From IMG/VR virus record IMGVR_UViG_2728369393_000001: DNA of 64,000 nt; one strand, 5' to 3'. Shown here piece after piece: positions 52,746 to 64,000 of the stretch (position 1 is its first letter; each line of letters opens with the position of its first letter). Under the pieces are notes generated by a model. That model did not search any database. It worked only from the letters and a program-made list of their open reading frames with translations, and was not told the origin of the DNA. Position numbers and translations under genes: made by a program. This DNA comes from a virus (lineage: Duplodnaviria; Heunggongvirae; Uroviricota; Caudoviricetes).

Positions 52746-52762
52746 ATTGCTCTAATAAAAAA
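52746..52762 (+). promoter_or_regulatory. C1 operator-like site (left of a palindrome)
   Basis: ATTGCTCTAATAAAAAA, 15/17. Confidence 0.5.
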
Positions 52763-52794
52763 CGTGATGAGTGTACATCACGTTTTAAAAATAT

Positions 52795-52811
52795 GGAATT
52801 ATTAGAGCAAT
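52795..52811 (-). promoter_or_regulatory. C1 operator-like site (right of the palindrome, inverted)
   Basis: minus strand ATTGCTCTAATAATTCC, 14/17. Confidence 0.5.
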
Positions 52812-52812
52812 A

Positions 52813-53514
52813 TTATTCTGATTCTCGCTCAAAAAACGAGCTAATAAGGGGAAGCCAATCCTCTGACACTTCGCGAGGTCGCGGTTTGCCGTGGAAAAAG
52901 ATTATTCGGCAGTCCTTTGGTAATGCCCCATTCCCCCTGGAGTAACGCGCGCTCGCATATTTTGAACCAGGTTCCACAACATCGGCCTTGTAACTTACAA
53001 ACCATCCTGGATACAGATCCTGAAATGCTGGTGTATCATCGCCCATAACCTTCCGTAAGAACCCCTGATCACCCCAGCACTCAGTAGTGACACAACGAGA
53101 AATCCAACCTTCCGGATCTTGCCAGAATGAACTCCAGATATGCGCTTTTACACTATTTGGTATCCACAGGGCACCGCTACCACGATATTGTGGATGGTAA
53201 AAATCCCTAAGCATGGTGAAGCTGGTTGGTGGATTCTCAAGGATTGGGCGTATATCACCGGCAATAACTGTGTCCAAATCCAGATAGAACAGATCATCTG
53301 TTATATCCGGTCGGAACAACTCGATTTTCGCCCACCAGCCACGGCACTTTTGCCACTGGTTGATCAATGGGACAACTTTGACGCCAGGTACATGTAAACG
53401 CTTCAGGTCTGTCAGGCAAATAATTTCATAGCCTTTTGGCAGTTGATTAACCAGCCACTGCACATCGGAAGCGTTATAGTCACCACCAGAGCGAAAAACT
53501 AAAGCAATCTTCAT
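52813..53514 (-). CDS. hypothetical protein, possible DxD-type glycosyltransferase
   Basis: 233 aa; YLDLDTV motif; weak. Confidence 0.35.
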   Translation of the reverse strand: MKIALVFRSGGDYNASDVQWLVNQLPKGYEIICLTDLKRLHVPGVKVVPLINQWQKCRGWWAKIELFRPDITDDLFYLDLDTVIAGDIRPILENPPTSFTMLRDFYHPQYRGSGALWIPNSVKAHIWSSFWQDPEGWISRCVTTECWGDQGFLRKVMGDDTPAFQDLYPGWFVSYKADVVEPGSKYASARYSRGNGALPKDCRIIFFHGKPRPREVSEDWLPLISSFFERESE

Positions 53515-54203
53515 GCTGCACCATCACCTTTCACTTTCATCAATGTCAGGTTTCCGCAAAATACGGCACCAGTGTCGATATACTGCTGATTCCAGAATGT
53601 CTTCGGGCTTTTCACCGGAGTGTGACCAAAGATAAAACGATCTGCGCCCGAAATTTCGCCACCAATATCATCCATCGAATCACTGATACGCTCGCGCGCC
53701 CAGACAACGTTGAAAAGCGGCACCTCCTTACCGAATTGGTATTCATTATCCGGATAGTCGGCATGGGCTATAACGATAGTTTCTTGCCCGGTGTTCAACT
53801 CAATGATATAGGGCAGACGCTTTACCAGCTCCACCAGCGCCCAGGCTAATATTTCCTGATCAGTGTCCAGCATGAAGAACCATTGTCCGCCATTCATTAG
53901 CCAGTTATTCACGTTGCCATCTGGACTTAACGCATCAATCATCAGCCGCTCATGGTTCCCCATCACTGCCCTGAACCAGGGCATCTGCAATAGTTCCAGA
54001 CATTCGACATTTTCAGTACCGCGATCGATAAGGTCGCCGACCGATATCAGTAAATCCTGCGCCGGGTCAAAATCCACACGATGGAGTTCGGACATCAGTC
54101 TGGTGTAGCAACCATGCAGATCACCAACAACCCAGACATTCCTGTATTTGGTACCGTCGATACGGTGATAAATTGTGGGTGCCATCATGTATTCTTCAGC
54201 CAT
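53511..54203 (-). CDS. ppp: Ser/Thr protein phosphatase (calcineurin-like metallophosphoesterase, lambda PP / P1 Ppp-like)
   Basis: GDLHGC .. GDLIDRG .. GNHE metallophosphatase motifs. Confidence 0.8.
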   Translation of the reverse strand: MAEEYMMAPTIYHRIDGTKYRNVWVVGDLHGCYTRLMSELHRVDFDPAQDLLISVGDLIDRGTENVECLELLQMPWFRAVMGNHERLMIDALSPDGNVNNWLMNGGQWFFMLDTDQEILAWALVELVKRLPYIIELNTGQETIVIAHADYPDNEYQFGKEVPLFNVVWARERISDSMDDIGGEISGADRFIFGHTPVKSPKTFWNQQYIDTGAVFCGNLTLMKVKGDGAA

Positions 54204-54811
54204 TCTTTAAGAGTCATCTGCGGAATACCTCCCATTTTCCCGCATGAAACAACGTCAATCTGTTCACGCGCAGACTGGAATAACAAAGGCAGGTGACTTA
54301 GATTTTTTGGCGTGCCGCCGGAGTGAACGCGTGGTTCTTGTGTAGCGTCAACGCCCACCAGGGCGACATGTTTGAATCCGATATGGAAAGCCAGGTTCAG
54401 AGCGCCATATGCACTATTGCCGCTGGCAATTTCATTCTCATCTTCGCAAAGTCCGAAATGTGCGGACCAGCGCCACGCCCACCACTCGGGAGAATTCATA
54501 TTTTTTGGCTCCATGCCACGATCAGCCACACGACGGAAGCACAGAACGCCGTCTCTGACTTCACGTTCTTTAACATCGGGTAGTGCCATGCAATAACAAA
54601 CACCACGGCGACGGCGGCCACGACCAACGCGCCGCATATTGTCTGGCGATGGATCAAGTGTGAAAAAATAAGAAGCGCGGTTCAGCCAGTCGATGGCCCC
54701 ATTGACCGCTATAATCGGCACTCCGCGCGGCGCAACAAAGTTTGCGGCGCTTGGGCCACTGCCGACGATAATAACGCGATCACTGCCTCTAAATTTATTC
54801 TTGGGAAACAT
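54185..54811 (-). CDS. hypothetical Rossmann-like protein, GSGPS-motif paralog 1
   Basis: [16 protein letters not shown]. Confidence 0.4.
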   Translation of the reverse strand: MFPKNKFRGSDRVIIVGSGPSAANFVAPRGVPIIAVNGAIDWLNRASYFFTLDPSPDNMRRVGRGRRRRGVCYCMALPDVKEREVRDGVLCFRRVADRGMEPKNMNSPEWWAWRWSAHFGLCEDENEIASGNSAYGALNLAFHIGFKHVALVGVDATQEPRVHSGGTPKNLSHLPLLFQSAREQIDVVSCGKMGGIPQMTLKEWLKNT

Positions 54812-55371
54812 TGAATTGCACTGCTCCTACTTGCATTCAAAATATGTAAATCTGCGTGTTTTTTGCGGGTATCCAGGAACTGCTGTTGCCATTTTGAAAT
54901 AGACACCTGCGTTGGATTCCGTAGGGCTTGAGGGTGCGCGCCATGCCAATGAAGGCCGTTTTGCAGAGAACAGTCATAGCCGACTAATACAACTACTTCA
55001 GCCCCTGATTCAGCAGCCAGACTGATAGCCTGCGCGCCGCTATTTACCCCTTCCGCCGGTCCACAATATCGCCTGTACTCCAACGAAAATGATTTCGCCG
55101 CCGCCAGGTTGGCTGTCACTTTGCGGAATTTCCCTCCCGGTATGGTGGATCCGTATTGCTTCCACCATGACAAATCACCGGCGTATAAGGCATAAATGTC
55201 ATCGAACATCTGCCAGGAATTGTTAACCGCGATGATTGAACAGCCAGTTTTTTCTATAGCAGCACAGTCCTCACGAGTGAGTGACGGACCGCTACCGACA
55301 CAAAAAACAGTCCTAGTCGCCCTGGGTGGTATGTTCATTCTCAGCTGCAAATTCAGCCTCCAGGCGAGCAT
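54709..55371 (-). CDS. hypothetical Rossmann-like protein, GSGPS-motif paralog 2
   Basis: VFCVGSGPS..IIAVNNS; likely start at internal ATG (MNIPP) at 55338. Confidence 0.4.
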   Translation of the reverse strand: MLAWRLNLQLRMNIPPRATRTVFCVGSGPSLTREDCAAIEKTGCSIIAVNNSWQMFDDIYALYAGDLSWWKQYGSTIPGGKFRKVTANLAAAKSFSLEYRRYCGPAEGVNSGAQAISLAAESGAEVVVLVGYDCSLQNGLHWHGAHPQALRNPTQVSISKWQQQFLDTRKKHADLHILNASRSSAIQCFPRINLEAVIALLSSAVAQAPQTLLRRAECRL

Positions 55372-55534
55372 TCATTTCAGCGATTACCGGGTCCACTACA
55401 GCATCTGCTTCCTGTTCATTACGCGGCATGATCGATGCCAGCGATTCATAATTAGCCTTGGATGACACGATTATTCTCCCGATGTTAATGTGCGCTGTAT
55501 CAAAGAACACATATGCACTAATTAATTTATTATT

Positions 55535-56113
55535 TCACGTAGCGAACAACCACTTGTCACCGTTCAATACATGCTCAATAGCCTCACCCTTTTTAAGGCT
55601 CATGTATTCCAGGATGGCGGTTATCGCTTGTTCTGCACCATACGCAAGAACGACGTAGTAACCTTCCTCTCTAAGCCTGCGCATCCAGGCGATCTGCTCT
55701 TTCGTCGGGGCTTTACCATTTGGTTCTTTAAGCTCAATTCGCATGCCGTGATAAATACCGCATGCTTTATCGAGACTCATGTCCGGATAACCTTTTTTCT
55801 GCCCTTCAGCCTTCATTTTCCCGGCGGTTGCTTTTGAACGTTTCCCTCCGTTAGGCGTTGCATGCAACAGCTCATAGATGTCAGGGTGCTTGCGTTCGAA
55901 GTAATCAAAAATGAAAACCTGCTCGAAGTGCTCGCAATTTCCGTCGCGCAGGTCGGGGTTCTTTGCCAGTGCTGCAAGTGCCTTCGCATGTGGAGAAACT
56001 TCTTTTACCGGCGCAAGCGATAAGAATGGATCCTTTTTGGTTTTTGGCCTGGACCGCCCCTTATTTCGACGCTCACTAAAAGCCTGAAACTCTTCCTCAG
56101 TAAAGCGCAACAT
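55535..56113 (-). CDS. VRR-NUC / PD-(D/E)xK nuclease-like protein
   Basis: D..ELK arrangement (GMRIELKEPNGK); weak. Confidence 0.35.
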   Translation of the reverse strand: MLRFTEEEFQAFSERRNKGRSRPKTKKDPFLSLAPVKEVSPHAKALAALAKNPDLRDGNCEHFEQVFIFDYFERKHPDIYELLHATPNGGKRSKATAGKMKAEGQKKGYPDMSLDKACGIYHGMRIELKEPNGKAPTKEQIAWMRRLREEGYYVVLAYGAEQAITAILEYMSLKKGEAIEHVLNGDKWLFAT

Positions 56114-56115
56114 AA

Positions 56116-56361
56116 TCAGTCAAATCCTGCCGGTCGCATGCCATATTTACGCTGTTTTGCAGCCTGCTCTTCCCTGTGCCATTGCGCACATTCAGCGTCA
56201 CAATAAATGCCTGATTCAATCGATTCATTGCAGTAACGACACTTCCCTGTAAATACCTGGCTCACGACCTGTGCCTGCTTTCTGATGTTATCGATGGCCA
56301 TGTCTTTGAGAGCTTCTAACTGATTCATGCTCAGCTCTGCATCATCAACACGTTCTGCCAA
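56116..56361 (-). CDS. TraR/DksA-type C4 zinc-finger protein
   Basis: CRYCNESIESGIYCDAECAQW. Confidence 0.5.
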   Translation of the reverse strand: MAERVDDAELSMNQLEALKDMAIDNIRKQAQVVSQVFTGKCRYCNESIESGIYCDAECAQWHREEQAAKQRKYGMRPAGFD

Positions 56362-56418
56362 TTTTGTTTCCTCGTGAAGAACCTACTTAAGGGCAGAATG
56401 ATACATTTCACAATCAAA

Positions 56419-56435
56419 ATTGCACTAATAATTTT
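56419..56435 (+). promoter_or_regulatory. C1 operator-like site in divergent promoter region
   Basis: ATTGCACTAATAATTTT, 15/17. Confidence 0.45.
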
Positions 56436-56507
56436 CTTTTATTGAGTTAAATAATCAACAAATGACTAGCGGTAGAATCACCATCATCTATTTCTGGCAG
56501 GCTGACT

Positions 56508-56885
56508 ATGGCTACATCAATCACTACAACCCAAAGCACCCGGCAATATCCTCTGACGCGGTATGACGACCGCAACATAGCCGATCCAATACTCAGGGCA
56601 GAGCTACGCAAAGAGGTGATGCTTATGTGTGAATCGAACGACAAGAATCTGACGATTTATTACGTTCTTCCCGATGAGCAATATCGCCCGGATTTGCTGG
56701 CTTACCGTATGTGGGGCATAGCAGAGCTACGCTGGGTTGTGACGCTCGCCGCCGGGCTTGAGGATGAGTCTCAGGGTATGACTGTTGGCAAAAAATTAAA
56801 ACTCCCACCTGCCACCTGGATCCGCGAAATGATTCGCCATTTCCAATACGACGGCCAGGTAATAGGGACATTATCCATTGCGTAA
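56508..56885 (+). CDS. hypothetical protein (first gene of plus-strand structural operon)
   Basis: 125 aa. Confidence 0.4.
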   Translation: MATSITTTQSTRQYPLTRYDDRNIADPILRAELRKEVMLMCESNDKNLTIYYVLPDEQYRPDLLAYRMWGIAELRWVVTLAAGLEDESQGMTVGKKLKLPPATWIREMIRHFQYDGQVIGTLSIA

Positions 56886-56894
56886 GGGAAATGA

Positions 56895-58112
56895 ATGCCA
56901 ACTGAATATGCTCGCGACAACCTTGGTCGCTATCAGACTGATGGATTAAGTGCAAAAGACTTTAACAAGGTCTTCGATCTTATCCGTAAACAGCAGCGTC
57001 AGAATCGGCGAAACGCGCGACGTACACTCACCCCAAGGATTATGGGGATGCGTAACCGCGAACTTGAGGCATTCCTCAGCCTTGGGAAAAAGAAAGATGG
57101 CACCTACTTTACGCCCGAAGATATACGCAGTTTCAACACCTCAAGGCAGGCTCATAAAACCAAATTCAAGAGCACGGTACCCGGCATTACCTATGCTCAG
57201 CTGGTGGCGCAGTCCACCAGCATTGATATAAAACGCGCTAACAACAAAGTTTCTGATGGCACAGGGATCAAAGCCGCGACATTCCTCGGGCTAAAACACA
57301 ACCTTGCATTGATATCTGTTAATGCCTCGGATGAGTCGGTCCACCAGCATCACCGTGTCAGAATTCGATTTGAGGAATGGGATAAAGCCGTTGAGGAAAT
57401 TGCTGAAGACGGTGCGAAAAAAGCCCGAATCGCTGCCGATCTCTGCAAGGGCCGGGTATCTTTCGACTGTGATTGTGGACGCCATCAATACTGGTATCGT
57501 TATATGGCCACGGCTGGTAACTATGCTGTCGCGCCGCCAAAAGAGTATGCATTCCCCAAGATCCGCAACCCTGATCTGACTGGTGTGGCCTGCAAACATG
57601 TGTTGCACGCTATGACGCGTTTTCAGTCTCCCACATGGCACAAGGCCATCATTATTGCCCTGGAAAAAGCAGCTGAACAGGTAGCCTTCGGCGATGACAA
57701 GCGGAAGACAACAACCTATTTCAAAGGCGAACTGGCTAAATCGCTCGCGCGCAACCGGACAACAACGACGGATCAGGCTAAAGCTGCGCGTGAGTATGAG
57801 CTGTATCTGAAATCTCAGGATGCATTAGGCAAAAAACTACGCGCAAAAGATAGCGCCACGGACAACGTTCGCCGGTTGTTAAAAAAAGCTCGCACCACGG
57901 CAAACAGGAAGAATGCCGAACTAAAAGCATCGCGGGTGAGGGAAGCCCAGGCTCGCGCTGAAGCCGACGCTCTCAAAAAAGCCCTGCAAACGCAGGCGAA
58001 CAACCTCATAAAGTTTTTCATGAGTCAGGGAATGGACAAGGCCGCTGCCACTGCGCAGGCGCGAAGCATTCTTGAGACACAAATTAACGAAGCCCGTAAA
58101 CGGAAAGGATAA
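56895..58112 (+). CDS. hypothetical protein with SWIM-like CxC..CxH zinc finger and basic coiled-coil C-terminus
   Basis: CDCGRHQYW .. GVACKHVLH. Confidence 0.45.
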   Translation: MPTEYARDNLGRYQTDGLSAKDFNKVFDLIRKQQRQNRRNARRTLTPRIMGMRNRELEAFLSLGKKKDGTYFTPEDIRSFNTSRQAHKTKFKSTVPGITYAQLVAQSTSIDIKRANNKVSDGTGIKAATFLGLKHNLALISVNASDESVHQHHRVRIRFEEWDKAVEEIAEDGAKKARIAADLCKGRVSFDCDCGRHQYWYRYMATAGNYAVAPPKEYAFPKIRNPDLTGVACKHVLHAMTRFQSPTWHKAIIIALEKAAEQVAFGDDKRKTTTYFKGELAKSLARNRTTTTDQAKAAREYELYLKSQDALGKKLRAKDSATDNVRRLLKKARTTANRKNAELKASRVREAQARAEADALKKALQTQANNLIKFFMSQGMDKAAATAQARSILETQINEARKRKG

Positions 58113-61259
<3,147 letters not shown>

Positions 61260-61305
61260 GAAAAGCCCGGCGTTCGGGCTTTTCTGTTATGACGGGTTCA
61301 ATTTT

Positions 61306-62304
61306 TTATCCGTTACCGCACGACGGTTTCTGCGTGATAAACGTCTCAAGCATCTTTTCCGCAATTGCCGACCAGGTGTGACACTGGACCTTTTCAGCAT
61401 TTTTCACGCGATCAACGCGAGCAATAACCTCATCCCAATCAATCCGCGACTTGATAACCATATGGTTCACCAAAGCCAGGCGATCTGGCGGAAGGCAATC
61501 GGGAGGCGTTAATACCAACGCCCCGCACATTGCCGCCTCAAGTACAGTTAATCCAAGGCTTTCGGGATGCGTAACGATAAAAACGTCACTCTTACGCAAT
61601 TCAGCTGCAAATTCGGTTGCTGGCACCGGCGTCCGCCTGTATGGAGTTACCGAAATATTCCCCGGATCAATGGTAACCAATCCGTCATCAGTCAACGTTC
61701 TGGCCTCATACGGAACGGTCAGACGCTGAAGGTTCATAAGGATACTTAAGGAGTGATCAAAACCACTAACATCAAATGCAGCGTGGTCTACAAAAATACG
61801 CAGAACATCGTCCGTTTTGGTTTCCAGATGGAACAGCTCCTGATTCGCTGCCCATCCAACATGTTTGTTAAAGCGATTATGACGTTCTAACCGACCGGGA
61901 TTATCCAGGTACCGCCAGGTATCATCGCGGACAGTAAAAGTAATATCGACTGGTGCCGAATCCAGCATAGAACCGTCATATACCTGGGCTACCCATCCAG
62001 AGAATCGGCGACACAGTTGCATGCCTATTTCCCTGGGTACCGTAGTAAAATACCTCAATCCTGGTGCCAAAATGGCCTTCGCAGAACATGCTGTCGCAGC
62101 AGTCAACACAGCTTCAACATAATCCTCGGGGCTTTCGACGCCAGGGGAATATGGACGATGGTATTGCAATGTTACCCCTGCCTCACTAAAGGCGCAGGCC
62201 AGGTTATAAGACCACATTTCCGTATATGTTTTCACATCACTGATGGCTGCAAATTTTCGCCCAATGATCAGGATGTTCATCGGCTTTTCCTCATTCCATT
62301 GCAT
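61306..62304 (-). CDS. hypothetical protein downstream of ban (dbn-like by position); weak GT-B glycosyltransferase-like motif
   Basis: 332 aa; LTVLEAAMCGALVL resembles glycosyltransferase donor-binding region; start overlaps ban stop. Confidence 0.4.
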   Translation of the reverse strand: MQWNEEKPMNILIIGRKFAAISDVKTYTEMWSYNLACAFSEAGVTLQYHRPYSPGVESPEDYVEAVLTAATACSAKAILAPGLRYFTTVPREIGMQLCRRFSGWVAQVYDGSMLDSAPVDITFTVRDDTWRYLDNPGRLERHNRFNKHVGWAANQELFHLETKTDDVLRIFVDHAAFDVSGFDHSLSILMNLQRLTVPYEARTLTDDGLVTIDPGNISVTPYRRTPVPATEFAAELRKSDVFIVTHPESLGLTVLEAAMCGALVLTPPDCLPPDRLALVNHMVIKSRIDWDEVIARVDRVKNAEKVQCHTWSAIAEKMLETFITQKPSCGNG

Positions 62305-63668
62305 TAATAATCCTCTTTCCAGTCAGCACCGGCATAGTTATCAAACCGTGAGTATTGGCCGTTAAAAGCCAATCTCACCGTGCCAATTGGGCCATTTCGT
62401 TGCTTTCCGATAATTACCTCGGCAATGCCCTTCATTTCGCTATCCGGGTGATAAACTTCGTCGCGATACAGAAACATAATCAGGTCTGCGTCCTGCTCAA
62501 TTGCTCCTGATTCACGTAAATCTGAATTTACCGGTCGTTTGTCCGCACGCTGTTCAAGTGAACGATTAAGTTGTGACAATGCCACCACCGGTACTTGTAA
62601 TTCCTTCGCCAAAGCCTTCAGTGAGCGAGAAATCTCGGCAATTTCCAGCGTTCGGTTATCTTGCAGCTCGGGGACGCGCATAAGTTGCAGGTAGTCGATC
62701 ATAATCATGCTCAAACCACCATTTTCTTTATAAACACGACGAGCGCGGGAACGAAGCTCTGTAGGTGTCAGGGCGCTTGAGTCATCAATAAAAATATTTT
62801 GCTTGTCCAACAGAATCCCCATTGCGCCAGAAACCCGCGCCCAATCCTCGTCGTTAAGTTGCCCTGTTCGAATACGAGTCTGATCAACGCGTGCAAGAGA
62901 AGCCAGTGAGCGCATCATCAGCTGGTGGCTCGGCATCTCAAGGCTAAAAACCAATACGGGCTTATAGTTACGGACTGCGGCATTTTCGACGAGATTCATC
63001 GCAAACGTGGTCTTCCCCATAGATGGGCGGGCGGCGACAATGATGAGATCGGACGGCTGAAGCCCTGCCGTCTTCTTATTGAGATCGGTAAATCCCGTAT
63101 CAAGCCCCGTTACACCATCATGTGGTCGCTGAAACAACTCTTCTATGCGAGATACCGTTGCATCGAGAATGCTGGCGATATCTTTTGGACCACTACCGCT
63201 CTTTTGTCGTTTTTCAGCTATTTCAAAAACGCGGCGCTCGGCCATATCCAGCAATTCATTGCTGCCCCTGCCATCCTGCGCATATCCAGCTTCGGCTATT
63301 TCATTTGCGACGGAAATCATTTCACGAACAACCGCGCGTTCACGAACGATATCCGCATAAGCACAAATATTTGCCGCGCTGGGCGTGTTCTTTGACATCT
63401 CCGCAAGGTACGCAAAACCACCGGCGCGTTCTAATTTACCGTTCTGTTCAAGTGCTTCAGCAAGTGTTATCAAATCAATCGGTTTGCCATGACTTAATAA
63501 CCTCTCCATCTCACTGAAAATTTCACGATGAGCACTGGTATAAAAATCATCAGCAACTATACGATCTGCAACTTCATCCCAGCGGCAGTTATCAAGCATT
63601 AAGCCACCAAGTACAGCTTGTTCTGCACTAAGGGAATTTGGCATGGATTCAAGAGGGGATGCAGACAT
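62304..63668 (-). CDS. ban: replicative DNA helicase (DnaB family, P1 Ban-like)
   Basis: ATG (MSASP) 2 codons into track ORF 62304..63674; Walker A ARPSMGKTTFAMN, Walker B IMIDYLQLM, DnaB C-terminal motifs. Confidence 0.9.
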   Translation of the reverse strand: MSASPLESMPNSLSAEQAVLGGLMLDNCRWDEVADRIVADDFYTSAHREIFSEMERLLSHGKPIDLITLAEALEQNGKLERAGGFAYLAEMSKNTPSAANICAYADIVRERAVVREMISVANEIAEAGYAQDGRGSNELLDMAERRVFEIAEKRQKSGSGPKDIASILDATVSRIEELFQRPHDGVTGLDTGFTDLNKKTAGLQPSDLIIVAARPSMGKTTFAMNLVENAAVRNYKPVLVFSLEMPSHQLMMRSLASLARVDQTRIRTGQLNDEDWARVSGAMGILLDKQNIFIDDSSALTPTELRSRARRVYKENGGLSMIMIDYLQLMRVPELQDNRTLEIAEISRSLKALAKELQVPVVALSQLNRSLEQRADKRPVNSDLRESGAIEQDADLIMFLYRDEVYHPDSEMKGIAEVIIGKQRNGPIGTVRLAFNGQYSRFDNYAGADWKEDY

Positions 63669-63954
63669 TAGCACTCCACCCAGGCGTGCTGAATGTCAGA
63701 TATAATCGGCATACTCAAATCACTCCTAACGATATGAGTCATCACCAGAAAATCAGGATTAATGCGCCGGACTCTTCCCGGCTGTCACACCGAATCGCCA
63801 GGATGGTGAATCCCTTTACCCGAGAAACAACAAACGGTGGCTTGCACATTCCGGCTACCTGGTTCGTTGCCTGAGCTAGGGGCAAGGTTCCCCCCTTTTA
63901 ACGTCACCAGACCGCTAACGACGCATGTGCCAGACGCCGTGTTACAACCAAATA

Positions 63955-64000
63955 TGGTGGCCCCTACCGGACTTGAACCGGTGACCGTGCGATTATGAGT
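63955..64000 (-). tRNA. partial tRNA (3 prime half; CAU anticodon, Met or Ile2 type), truncated by the window edge
   Basis: minus strand ..aCTCATAAtcgcacggtCACCGGTTCAAGTCCGGTaggggccaCCA: anticodon loop CTCATAA, 5-bp T-stem with TTCAAGT loop, acceptor 3 prime strand plus CCA. Confidence 0.55.

Overview
This window reads as one continuous stretch of a P1-like temperate phage / phage-plasmid genome, identified from the ORF translations and DNA motifs only (no database search was possible). Left to right: a tail-fibre gene with 300-bp tandem repeats, followed by eight silent, head-to-tail alternative C-terminal cassettes on the opposite strand and a Hin/Gin/Cin-family serine invertase, forming a multiple-inversion host-range switch (3 kb to 8.2 kb). 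Then come holin/antiholin-like genes, the hdf-darA-ddrA-ddrB antirestriction operon, ssb, a SAR-type endolysin, head protease and portal, and the 2255-aa DarB methyltransferase-helicase. Next are ulx-lxc, a solitary GNAT acetyltransferase sitting where I recall P1 carrying its type III res-mod genes, ref, cre with a perfect loxP, coi-c1 immunity with C1 operator matches, pacB-pacA with the hexanucleotide-repeat pac site, lpa, phd-doc, and humD with an SOS box. The right third is a 14-kb block of small minus-strand accessory genes (mosaic paralog families, ASCH-like, HAD-like, Ppp phosphatase, two GSGPS paralogs, VRR-NUC-like), tail/baseplate-like genes, the DnaB-type helicase ban, and a partial tRNA at the window edge. 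The most interesting candidates are the eight-cassette tail-fibre inversion array and the GNAT gene at the restriction-modification position. Gene names rest on recalled P1 protein sequences, lengths and synteny; coordinates of sites I counted by hand may be off by 1-2 bp.
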